From the NCBI GenBank assembly GCA_963806225.1, contig CAWDXG010000003.1:224001-288000 (forward strand): a stretch of 64,000 nt of DNA. The letters are read 5' to 3'. The notes under the pieces are model-generated. The model saw only the letters and a program-made list of their open reading frames with translations. It searched no databases and was not told the DNA's origin. Made by a program: the position numbers and the translations under genes. The DNA comes from an uncultured delta proteobacterium. Its GTDB lineage: Bacteria > Myxococcota_A > Polyangia > Polyangiales > Polyangiaceae. This document shows positions 54,141 through 62,928 of this stretch, piece after piece. How positions within the stretch are numbered: the first letter of the stretch is position 1; each line of letters starts with the position of its first letter.

Positions 54141-54951
54141 GTGGTGACGTTCGTGCACCTGACTGCGCACGCGCTGACCGGCAAGAAGCCGTTCGTCGAC
54201 CCGGATGTGGCGCTGTGTTTCTGGCGGAGCCTGCAGAGGCTCGCGCCGCACGCCGTCGCGGCGTGCTTGATGCCCAACCACCCGCATCTGGTCGTGCCAA
54301 CGGACGCGCCGGACAAGTTGCACGCGCAGTTCGCCCAGCGGTTGGCTGCGTTCGCGCGGGCGCACAACATGGGGCGCACCTGGCAGCGCGTGCCACCCGC
54401 GGAAGTCGTGCGTCCCGATCGACTCGTCGCCGTCATCCGCTACGTGCATCTCAATCCGCCCCGCGGGGGGCTGGTAGGCGACCCGCTGGAGTGGCTGCTG
54501 TCGACCCATCGAGGCGTGGTCGGCGCGGAGCTCGAATCCGTGGGTGACGGCAGATCGATTGGCGGACGTGCTCGGCCGCCGACGCGAGCACTTCGAAGCG
54601 TGGTTCCATCGCATCGTGACGGACGACTCGTCCGTGAGAACGGGAGGCACGCCTTTGCCGCAACCCGCGCCGGCGCGAATCGTTCCGGCAGTGCCGCTCG
54701 AGCAGATCGCGTTGGCCGCGCACTCGGCAGCGCACGGCTGTCGCATCATCGAGCGGCGCGCGCTGGTAGCGCTCGCGCGGCACCAGGGTTGGAAGGATGC
54801 GGCGTTGATCGCTCGCGTCGCGGGCATCACGCCGGACTCGGTGCGGCGGTTGGCGCGACGCCCCGAGCCGGAGCTGGTGCGGGTCGGCGCGCTGTGTCTG
54901 AACGATGCGCGGCTACGATGCGTACCGCGCGCGCGCCACCAGGGCTCGTAG
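54141..54951 (+). CDS. REP-associated tyrosine transposase (RAYT / TnpA-REP, HUH Y1 family) with C-terminal HTH-like extension; +1 frameshift at 54535
   Basis: HUH motif CLMPNHPHLV, catalytic YVHLNPPRGGLV-x-DP-x-EW-x2-ST; removing one A in GAATCCG joins the frames as DPWVTADRL; C-terminal AALIARVAGITPDSVRRL. Confidence 0.85.
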
Positions 54952-54954
54952 GAA

Positions 54955-55195
54955 GCGGGCTCGTCGCACGAGCGTCGATGCGTGCGGGCTCGTCGCACGA
55001 GCGTCGATGCGTGCGGGCTCGCCGCATGAGCGTCGATGCGTGCGGGCTCGCCGCATGAGCGTCGATGCGTGCGGGCTCGTCGCACGAGCGTCGATGCGTG
55101 CGGGCTCGTCGCATGAGCGTCGATGCGTGCGGGCTCGTCGCATGAGCGTCGATGCGTGCGGGCTCGCCGCATGAGCGTCGATGCGTGCGGGCTCG
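54955..55195. repeat. 29-bp tandem hairpin repeat (about 8 copies) right after the RAYT stop
   Basis: Unit GCGGGCTCGTCGCACGAGCGTCGATGCGT with stem GCTCGT-CGC-ACGAGC; first copy preceded by GTAG overlapping the stop codon. Confidence 0.9.
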
Positions 55196-55465
55196 TCGAC
55201 AGTTCCGCCGCCAAGCCCGCGCTTCGAGCCCATCGTGTCGGCCTCGCCGACATTTTCGCCGCCAAGCCCGCGCTTCGAGCCCATTGTGGCGGCCAGACCG
55301 ACATTTCGAGCCCCTTGACGTAGCTTCGCCACCCTGATGTCGGCCTCGCCGACATTTCCGCCGCCAAGCCCGCGCTTCGAGCCCATTGTGGCGGCCAGAC
55401 CGACATTTCCGCCGTCAAGCCGACGCTTGACGCCCTTCCAGGCGGTCGCACGCCGCAGTCCCCCC
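55196..55465. repeat. 51-bp array G2 (4-5 units) plus G-array terminal sequence, right of RAYT
   Basis: Same units and orientation as G1; ends CGCTTGACG..GGCGGTCGC.CGCCGC.GTCCCCC like 53921-53960. Confidence 0.9.
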
Positions 55466-55526
55466 GCGCCCCGCGCCCCGCGCCCCGCGCCCCGCGCCCC
55501 GCGCTCTCCCCGCGCCCGCGCCCGCG

Positions 55527-56741
55527 CTAGACCGCCGCCGTCTCTTCGAGCTCGCGCGAGCGGGTTTCGGGGAGGAGCCACAGGATCAGGATCACGGCGA
55601 GGATCGGGAAGATGGCGGTGACGCGGACGGCGTGACCCCAGCCGACGTGACCGGCGGCGTAGCCGACTGCGACCGGGGAGAGCACGTAGCCGATGCGACC
55701 GATCAGGTTGTTGGACCAGGCAAAGGCGTCGCCGCGGAGCTCGGTCGGGAACAGCTCGGCGTTGTAGGCGTTGAGCACGGGCAGCACGGCGCTCGCGCCG
55801 AAGATCGCGAACACCAGCGTGAGCGTCAGCGGCCACTGGCCGTGCAGCGTGTAGCAGCCGAAGATGCCGACGGAGGCCAGGCCGAAGATCACGACGGCGC
55901 CCATGCGCCGTCCGATCAGATCCAGCAGCTTGCCGGCGAAGAAGACCAGCGGCATCGAGACGAGGGCGGCGATGGTGATCGCCTTGCCAACGTCGCTGTC
56001 GGTCATGCCGCGCTCGCCGACGGCGAATTCCTTCCAGAACGTCACGCCGTTCTGCGTGCAGATGTACGTGAGAAACCAGATGAGACCCAGCTGCAGCATG
56101 CGCTTCCGGTACGGCGAGCGGAAGATCGCTGTGAAGGGCTTGGCGACGTGCGAGGTCACCTGCTCGGAGAAGCGCCGCGTCTCGCGCAGGTTGCGCCGCG
56201 CAAACGCCAGCACGACGAGTGGGATGATGCCGACGAAGTAGACGCTCCGCCAACCGAACGGCGTCTTCAAGAGCAGCGGCACCACGCCCGCGCAGGTGAC
56301 CGCGCCCAGGCTCGAGAATGCGCTGATGACTCCGATGACCATTCCGCGGCGCGCGGCGGGGTACTCCTCGGCCGCCATGACGGTGCTGGTCGCCCACTCG
56401 CCGATCAGGAAGATGCGCGCGATCATCTGGAAGGCGGCGAACGCCCACACGTTGGGCGACAGCCCGGTCAGCGCCGTGAAGATCGTGTAGCCGGCGATGG
56501 TGACCGTCAGCACGCGCTTGCGACCGAAACGGTCGGCGCGCCGCACCAACAGGTACGCGACCACCGTGCCGAAGTTGATGAAGCCGACGAGGTAACCGGC
56601 GACAGCGTGGCTGAAGCCGAAGGCCTTCTGCAGGTTCGGCAGGATCTGGGTCAGCGCGAGGAAGTCGTAGCCCTCGAAGAACGTCGCGACGCTAAGGAAG
56701 ACAAACAGCCGGCGCTGGTACGACGTGAGTCGTTCGGTCAC
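55527..56741 (-). CDS. MFS transporter (aromatic acid/sugar-like)
   Basis: FFEGYD, ADRFGRKRV, AEEYPAARRG, LDLIGRR, AELFPTELRG, LPETR. Confidence 0.92.
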   Translation of the reverse strand: MTERLTSYQRRLFVFLSVATFFEGYDFLALTQILPNLQKAFGFSHAVAGYLVGFINFGTVVAYLLVRRADRFGRKRVLTVTIAGYTIFTALTGLSPNVWAFAAFQMIARIFLIGEWATSTVMAAEEYPAARRGMVIGVISAFSSLGAVTCAGVVPLLLKTPFGWRSVYFVGIIPLVVLAFARRNLRETRRFSEQVTSHVAKPFTAIFRSPYRKRMLQLGLIWFLTYICTQNGVTFWKEFAVGERGMTDSDVGKAITIAALVSMPLVFFAGKLLDLIGRRMGAVVIFGLASVGIFGCYTLHGQWPLTLTLVFAIFGASAVLPVLNAYNAELFPTELRGDAFAWSNNLIGRIGYVLSPVAVGYAAGHVGWGHAVRVTAIFPILAVILILWLLPETRSRELEETAAV

Positions 56742-56884
56742 CGGGTGCCCCGCACGCACACCTTATCGCAAGGCGCGATGACCGGTGTCAACGCGGAGAC
56801 ACGTGCACAAGGCGTCCACGGAAGCTTCGGCGAGCGACTGCGAGCCCGCGACGAATCGCGTCGGGGGTCCGGGGGCGGTGAGCG

Positions 56885-57658
56885 CTAGCTGATGACGCCG
56901 GTTTCCGGGCTCGACGCGGTGGCGTACAGCTTCTTCGGCATCCGCCCCGCGAGGAACGCCTTGCGCCCGGCGCTGATGGCCTCGCGCATCGCCTCGGCCA
57001 TCATGATCGGCTTCTTCGCGCCCGCGATGGCGGTGTTCATCAGCACGCCGTCGCAGCCGAGCTCCATCGCCACGGCGGCGTCGCTGGCCGTGCCCACGCC
57101 CGCGTCGACGATCACCGGCACCTTCGCGCGCTCCAGGATGATGCGCAGGTTGTACGGATTGCGGATGCCGAGCCCGGAGCCGATCGGCGCCGCCAGCGGC
57201 ATCACCGCCGCGCAGCCGATGTCCTCGAGCTTGCGGCACACGATCGGGTCGTCCATGCAGTACGGCAGCACGGTGAAGCCCTCCTTCACCAGCGTCTTGG
57301 CCGCCTCGAGCGTCTGCTCGTTGTCGGGGTAGAGCGTGTCCTTGTCGCCGAGGACCTCGAGCTTGACGATGTCGGCGATGCCCAGCTCGCGCGCCAGCCT
57401 GAGCGTGCGCACTGCCTCCTCGGCCGTGAAGCAGCCCGCCGTGTTCGGCAGGATGGTCCAGCGCTTGCTCGTGACGAGCTCCATCATCGAGCCGGAGCTC
57501 CGGTCCTTCAGATCCACGCGGCGCAGCGCGACCGTCACTACCTCCGCGCCGGACGCCTCCAGCGCTGCGCGCGTCTCGACCACGTCCTTGTACTTGCCGG
57601 TGCCGACGAAGAGCCGCGACTTGAAGGTGTGCTTGCCGATCGTGAGGACGTCTTCCAT
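56885..57658 (-). CDS. thiG: Thiazole synthase
   Basis: [43 protein letters not shown]. Confidence 0.97.
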   Translation of the reverse strand: MEDVLTIGKHTFKSRLFVGTGKYKDVVETRAALEASGAEVVTVALRRVDLKDRSSGSMMELVTSKRWTILPNTAGCFTAEEAVRTLRLARELGIADIVKLEVLGDKDTLYPDNEQTLEAAKTLVKEGFTVLPYCMDDPIVCRKLEDIGCAAVMPLAAPIGSGLGIRNPYNLRIILERAKVPVIVDAGVGTASDAAVAMELGCDGVLMNTAIAGAKKPIMMAEAMREAISAGRKAFLAGRMPKKLYATASSPETGVIS

Positions 57659-57712
57659 GCCGGCGGACTAGCGCCGCCCGGGCGCCGGGGCAAGCGCGCC
57701 GGTCATGCACCG

Positions 57713-58900
57713 CTACTTGCAGGGAACGTCGTGGACGATCGCGTCGACGGCGTCGCCAACGGCCTTGATCGGGTTGCCGGCCGAGACCACGTACGCCGTC
57801 CCCGTGCCGGCGGCCTGGGCGACCAGATCCAGGTTCGCCGTCGTGCCGATGCCGACCACGTACGTCTTGATCGACGGCGAGCCGGTGAATGCCGTCGCCG
57901 CCTTGGCCGCAACGCCGTTGATGTCGTTGCCCGTGCAGCTCGTGGGCTCGCCGTCCGTGATGAGCAACACCGACGCGATGTGTCCCGGGTGGGCCTTCAG
58001 GAAGCTCTTCGTGTAGTCGTAGGTCCCCTCGAGCGCGGGAGCCATCGGCGTCGCGCTGCCGTCGGGCGTGGTCGCGTTGACAGCGTCCGAGATCTTCGTG
58101 ATGACGCCCGGCACCGGGCTGACCTGCACCGCAGGCGACGCGTAGTCCGACGCGATACACGAGACGTCGGCACTGTACGACCCGTTGCACGTACCGAACG
58201 ACGGCATGCACGGGCCATACGCGCCGCAGTCCGCGTCGGTCGTGCACGAGCTCGGCGGCGGCGCGCCGGTCGGCGCCACCGGGAAGAACCCCAGCCCCAC
58301 GCCGCCGACGCCCGGTGCGCCCAACGCGCCCAGGCCCTGCGTCACGTTCGTCCACTTGCTCTGGTCCTGCATCGACGCCGAGCGATCGAGCAGCACCACG
58401 ATGTCGAGCGGCTTCTTCGAGCAGCCCGCGTCGCTGCCGCCCGTGCCGCCCGTGCCGCCCGTGCTGGTGCCGCCGCTGCCGCCGGTGCTGGTGCCGCCGC
58501 TACCCGCGGTGCCGCCGTCCGCGCCCCCCGCGCCCCCGCTGCCCGCCGAAGTACACCAACCGTGCGCCTTGTCGCACAGCTGCCCCAGCGGCTTGCACTG
58601 CTTGTCCGTCACGCACACGCGGTGACACATCTGGTCGGGACCGCACAGGTCGCCGGTGCGGCAGTCGTTGTTGCCGACGCACTGCACGCAGGTCGAGCTC
58701 GACGGGTCGCACACCTGATCCGCCGGGCAGTCGAGCGAGGTCTTGCAGGTCGCGCTCGCCGTGCCGCCCGTGCCCCCGGAACCGGCCGCGGCTCCACCCG
58801 CGCCGGGTCCCCCGGACACGAGATCGTTGTTCGAGCTACCGCAGCCCACCGCCGCCAGCAGCGCCAGCGCGCCGATCCCAAGCCAAGCTGTCCTACGCAT
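57713..58900 (-). CDS. vWA-domain Cys-rich lipoprotein
   Basis: Lipobox AVGC, Cys-rich repeats, MIDAS LLDRSASM, TPMAPAL, LITDGEP, TYVVGI. Confidence 0.85.
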   Translation of the reverse strand: MRRTAWLGIGALALLAAVGCGSSNNDLVSGGPGAGGAAAGSGGTGGTASATCKTSLDCPADQVCDPSSSTCVQCVGNNDCRTGDLCGPDQMCHRVCVTDKQCKPLGQLCDKAHGWCTSAGSGGAGGADGGTAGSGGTSTGGSGGTSTGGTGGTGGSDAGCSKKPLDIVVLLDRSASMQDQSKWTNVTQGLGALGAPGVGGVGLGFFPVAPTGAPPPSSCTTDADCGAYGPCMPSFGTCNGSYSADVSCIASDYASPAVQVSPVPGVITKISDAVNATTPDGSATPMAPALEGTYDYTKSFLKAHPGHIASVLLITDGEPTSCTGNDINGVAAKAATAFTGSPSIKTYVVGIGTTANLDLVAQAAGTGTAYVVSAGNPIKAVGDAVDAIVHDVPCK

Positions 58901-58988
58901 GCGCAGATGTACGGCGAGGTGCGGAGGTGTCTTCCCTGGCGGCGCGCCGCACAGCGACGCGGGCGCGCGCCGCACAGCGACGCGGCGG

Positions 58989-59235
58989 CGCGCCGCACAG
59001 CGACGCGGCGGCGTGGGGCCCCCTGAGCGCGCGTTCGCGCGCGATTTGGGGGCCCGCGCCGCGCGCAGCCCCCGCGGGGCGAGCACGGCGCGCCGCACAG
59101 CGACGCGGGCGCGCGCCGCACAGCGACGCGGCGGCGTGGGGCCCCCTGAGCGCGCGTTCGCGCGCGATTTGGGGGCCCGCGCCGCGCGCAGCCCCCGCGG
59201 GGCGAGCACGGCGCGCCGCACAGCGACGCGGGCGC
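58989..59235. repeat. 123-bp tandem duplication of the REP-like double-hairpin module
   Basis: GTGG-GGCCCCC-TGA-GCGCGCG-TT-CGCGCGC-GATTT-GGGGGCC..GCCCC-CGC-GGGGC-GAGCACGG at 59013 and 59136. Confidence 0.9.
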
Positions 59236-59252
59236 GCGCGGGGCAACCCCAA

Positions 59253-59478
59253 ACGGGCATTTTCGGCCGCAAGTTCGCGCTTGATGGCCAAAATGCCCGC
59301 CAGACGGGCATTTTGATGCGCAAGCTCGAGCTTGATGGCCAAAATGCCCGCCAGACGGGCATTTTTATGTGCAAGCTCGGGGGCGGTGGCCGAAATGCCA
59401 GAAATCTGCCCTGATCGAGGAGACAGACGGGCATTTTGATGCGCAAGCTCGAGCTTGGTGGCCGAAATGCCCGCCAGA
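59253..59478. repeat. 51-bp tandem array E (about 4 units)
   Basis: Unit CAGACGGGCATTTTGATGCGCAAGCTCGAGCTTGATGGCCAAAATGCCCGC; hairpin AAAATGCCCG-CCAGA-CGGGCATTTT. Confidence 0.85.
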
Positions 59479-59519
59479 GATGTCTGGCGTGCATTCTGGG
59501 TGGCATGCCCCCATTCCGC

Positions 59520-59870
59520 ACGTCGTATCGGCCGCCGCCCGCGCGTCGTGGCGGCCGCCGCCCGCGCCCTTCCGCCGCCCGCGCGTTCCGCCGCCCGCGC
59601 GTCGTATCGGCCGCCCGCGCGTCGTATCGGCCGCCCGCGCGTTCCGCCGCCCGCGCGTCGTATCGGCCGCCGCCCGCGCGTCGTATCGGCCGCCCGCGCG
59701 TTCCGCCGCCCGCGCGTCGTGGCGGCCGCCGCCCGCGCGTCGTGGCGGCCGCCGCCCGCGCCCTTCCGCCGCCGCCCGCGCCGCGACTCGTAAATGCGCC
59801 CGGCCCCCGCGTTCCGCCGCCCGCGCGTTCCGCCGCCCGCGCGTTCCGCCGCCCGCGCCGCGCCGTCGTA
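59520..59870. repeat. Irregular GC-rich short tandem repeats (CCGCCGCCCGCGCGT..)
   Basis: Mosaic of CCGCCCGCGCGTCGTATCGG and CCGCCCGCGCGTTCCG units. Confidence 0.8.
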
Positions 59871-59904
59871 CCAGCGTCGCGGCCGCGACGATTGCCGGCT
59901 CGCT

Positions 59905-60819
59905 TCAGCCGAACTTCCGCGCCGCTTCGTCCAGCCGCACGAAGCCGTAGCCGGCCGCCTTCAGCGTCTCGACGACCGCGCCGAGCGCGTCCAGCTTGCG
60001 CGCCAGCGGCACGCGCACATCCGGCTGGTGCGGGCGCAGCGCCTCGAGCCCGTCGCGGGCGTCCAGCACGTCGATGCCGTGCAGCTCCAGGTTCACGAGC
60101 GGCTCGCCGATCACGCCGCGCGTGAGCCAGCGCGCCCGCGTTGGCCCCGCCAGCGTCAGCGTCGTCCCGATGAAGGGCAGCCGCGCGCGCCGCGTCACCT
60201 GCACCGGCAGCTCGAGCAGCCCGCTGCCGCGCTTCCAGTACGGCTTGCCGATGCGATACGGCCGCATCGGCGCCGCGAGCACCGCCGGCGTGTCCAGCAC
60301 CGAGTGCGAGCGCCGCCGCCTGACGCGGATCGCCGCCAGCGCCGCCGCCTTGGCCGCGTAGTACGGCGGACACGGAAACACCGACGAGTCGTACTCGACG
60401 CCCGCCTCCGCCAGCACCTCGAACAGCTCGTCCGTGATCGTGTAGCCCGGCGCCCGGAAGCCGCGCGGCCGCTCCCCCGTCGCCCCCTCGATCACCTCGA
60501 TGCCAGAGCGCACCTGCCGCTCCATCTCCGCCCGGCTCTGGCGCGTCAGATCGTACAGGTGATCGAGCGAGTGGTTCGCGAGCTCATGCCCGCGTGCGCT
60601 CAAGGCCGAGAGCCGCGCCGCATTCCCCTCGCGCGCCATGTCGGCCCCGATCGCAAACAGCGTCAGCGGCAGCTCGTGCGCCCGCGCGAATTCATCGAGC
60701 CGCGGCAACGCCACGTCGTACACCGCGCTCGACGACGTGGGCGGCAGCCCGTGGATCGCGAAGTAGTGCGGGATCTCGTCCAGATCGACGCTGACGGCGC
60801 AGACGCGCATGAGCATCAT
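59905..60819 (-). CDS. Polysaccharide deacetylase family protein
   Basis: VSVDLD, TLFAIG, HELANHSLDH, GFRAPGY, YDSS, ELPV. Confidence 0.85.
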   Translation of the reverse strand: MMLMRVCAVSVDLDEIPHYFAIHGLPPTSSSAVYDVALPRLDEFARAHELPLTLFAIGADMAREGNAARLSALSARGHELANHSLDHLYDLTRQSRAEMERQVRSGIEVIEGATGERPRGFRAPGYTITDELFEVLAEAGVEYDSSVFPCPPYYAAKAAALAAIRVRRRRSHSVLDTPAVLAAPMRPYRIGKPYWKRGSGLLELPVQVTRRARLPFIGTTLTLAGPTRARWLTRGVIGEPLVNLELHGIDVLDARDGLEALRPHQPDVRVPLARKLDALGAVVETLKAAGYGFVRLDEAARKFG

Positions 60820-60876
60820 GTACCCGAACGCAAACCCCGCGTCCGCCCCATCCGCCCACGCGACGGCGGCGGCGCA

Positions 60877-60984
60877 GGTGACGGCGCGTCCGCCCGGGTG
60901 ACGGCGCGTCCGCCCGGGTGAGGGCGCGTCCGCCCGGGTGACGGCGCGTCCGCCCGGGTGACGGCGCGTCCGCCCGGGTGACGG
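60877..60984. repeat. 20-bp tandem repeat GGTGACGGCGCGTCCGCCCG x5
   Basis: Directly visible, just 5' of the third 17-mer. Confidence 0.9.
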
Positions 60985-61005
60985 CGGCAGCGCAGCTCAC
61001 CCGTC

Positions 61006-61022
61006 ATGGATTATGTAAACTC
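61006..61022 (+). promoter_or_regulatory. Conserved 17-mer ATGGATTATGTAAACTC (XerD-arm-like), copy 3
   Basis: One mismatch to copies 1 and 2; about 65 bp before array F. Confidence 0.6.
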
Positions 61023-61087
61023 GTTTGAGCGTGGATCGATACTGTTCGCGGCATTCCGCGCCGCACAGCCGTCGACCTCCCCCGTCG

Positions 61088-61646
61088 CGGGCATTTCACC
61101 CTCCAAGCCCGAGCTTGCCACCCAAAATGCCCGTTTCGCGCCCATTCCACCCCTCTGCGACGAGCTTGCCACCCAAAATGCCCGTTTCGCGCCCATTCCA
61201 CCCCTCTGCGACGAGCTTGCCACCCAAAATGCCCGTCTCGCGCCCATTCCACCCCTCTGCGACGAGCTTGCCCCACAAAATGCCCGTCTCCCGGGCATTT
61301 CACCCTCCAAGCCCGAGCTTGCCCCACAAAATGCCCGTCTCACGGGCATTTCACCCTCCAAGCCCGAGCTTGCTCACCAAAATGCCCGTCTCGCGCGCGT
61401 TTTGACCTCCAAGCCCGAGCTTGCCACCCAAAATGCCCGTCTCACGGGCATTTCACCCTCCAAGCCCGAGCTTGCTCACCAAAATGCCCGTCTCGCGCGC
61501 GTTTTGACCTCCAAGCCCGGCTTGCCCCACAAAATGCCCGTCTCACGGGCATTTCACCCTCCAAGCCCGAGCTTGCCACCCAAAATGCCCGTCTCACGGG
61601 CATTTCACCCTCCAAGCCCGAGCTTGCCCCACAAAATGCCCGTTTC
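61088..61646. repeat. 51-bp tandem array F (about 11 units, three sub-variants)
   Basis: Unit CGGGCATTTCACCCTCCAAGCCCGAGCTTGCCACCCAAAATGCCCGTCTCA; hairpin AAATGCCCG-TCTCA-CGGGCATTT. Confidence 0.93.
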
Positions 61647-61719
61647 GCACCGTTCCCCACGCTTGGTGGAGGGCTGCCCCCACGAAGCGCCGCGCTCCGC
61701 GCGCCGCCGCACTTCCGCG

Positions 61720-61785
61720 GCGCGGCGCGCTACCGCGCGCCGCGGGCCCCCAAGTCCGGGCGCGACGCCCGGCCGGGGGCCCCAC
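61720..61785. repeat. REP-like double-hairpin module copy
   Basis: GCGGCGCG-CTAC-CGCGCCGC-type stem then GGGCCCCC-AAGT-CCGGGCG-CGA-CGCCCGG-CC-GGGGGCC-CCAC. Confidence 0.75.
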
Positions 61786-61812
61786 GTCCCTGCCGACACG
61801 TCCCTGCGCGCG

Positions 61813-62928
61813 TCACGCCCGGCGCGAGCTCGTCGCGAAATCGCGCACTGCGGCCACGACCTCCGCGCGCTCGATCCCTGACAGCTCCGGGTACAGCGGG
61901 ATCGACACCACCTCCGCGGCCGCCGCCTCGGCGCGCGGGCACGCCCCCTGGCGCATGCCGAGTGGCGCCAGCGCGGGCTGCGCGTACAGAGGCCGGTCAT
62001 AGTAGACGGCGGTGGCCACGTCGCGTTCCTTCAGGAAAGTGCGGAACTCGTCGCGCCGCGCGACGCGCAGTGTGTAGTGCGCCCACGCGGGCGCGGCGCC
62101 CGACGCCACCGCGGGCAGCGCGACGCCGTCGAGCCCCGCGAGCTCCGCGTCGTAGGCCGCCGCGTGCCCGGCGCGCGCCGACAGGTAGTGATCGAGATGC
62201 GGCAGCTTCACGGACAGGAGCGCCGCCTGCAGGGCGTCCAGCCGGAAATTGCCGCCCACCCACTCGTGCTCGCCGCGGCGCGGCGCGCCGTGCGCGCGCA
62301 GTGCGCGGCAGCGTGCCGCCAGATCGTCGTCATTCGTCACGATCATGCCGCCGTCGCCGAACCCGCCCAGCGGCTTGGACGGAAAGAAGCTGAAACACCC
62401 GAGCGTCCCCCACGCGCCGGCGCGCTTGCCCTGCCACGCCGCGCCGAGCGCCTGGGCCGCGTCCTCCACGACGGGCACGCCGTGACGCCCGGCAATCTCG
62501 AGCAGCGAGCTCAACCGCACCGTCTGCCCGAACAGATGCACCGGCACGATCGCGCGTGTGCGCGGTCCGATCGCCGCCTCGAGCTCCGCCAGATCCATGT
62601 TGAACGTGCCCGCGTCGATGTCCACGAAGCGCGGCCGCGCGCCGAGCCGCAGGATCGCGCCGACCGTCGCGAAAAACGAAAACGGCGTGGTGATCACCTC
62701 GTCGCCCGGCCGCACCTCCAGCGCCATCAGCGTGCACAGCAGCGCATCGCTGCCGCTTGAGACCCCGACGGCGTGCCGTACGCCCACGTAGCTGGCGATC
62801 CCACTCTCGAAGCGCTCCACCGCCTCGCCCAGGATGAACCGTTCCGACTCCAGCACCGCCTCGAACGCCGCGCGCAGCTCGCCGGCGAGCGCCGCGTGCT
62901 GCGCCGATAGATCCACCAGCGGGATCAT
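61813..62928 (-). CDS. DegT/DnrJ/EryC1/StrS sugar aminotransferase
   Basis: MIPLVDL, GVSSGSDAL, PVHLFGQ, EDAAQA, SFFPSKPLGGFGDGG, NFRLDALQAA, SIPLYP. Confidence 0.95.
   Translation of the reverse strand: MIPLVDLSAQHAALAGELRAAFEAVLESERFILGEAVERFESGIASYVGVRHAVGVSSGSDALLCTLMALEVRPGDEVITTPFSFFATVGAILRLGARPRFVDIDAGTFNMDLAELEAAIGPRTRAIVPVHLFGQTVRLSSLLEIAGRHGVPVVEDAAQALGAAWQGKRAGAWGTLGCFSFFPSKPLGGFGDGGMIVTNDDDLAARCRALRAHGAPRRGEHEWVGGNFRLDALQAALLSVKLPHLDHYLSARAGHAAAYDAELAGLDGVALPAVASGAAPAWAHYTLRVARRDEFRTFLKERDVATAVYYDRPLYAQPALAPLGMRQGACPRAEAAAAEVVSIPLYPELSGIERAEVVAAVRDFATSSRRA

Noticed and set aside
54141..54951. IS200/IS605 element or TnpB/IscB RNA-guided system
   Set aside because: No tnpB/iscB; motif pattern, C-terminal extension and repeat context fit RAYT better
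57659..57712. TPP riboswitch before thiG
   Set aside because: Intergenic gap is about 54 bp and lacks the CTGAGA core
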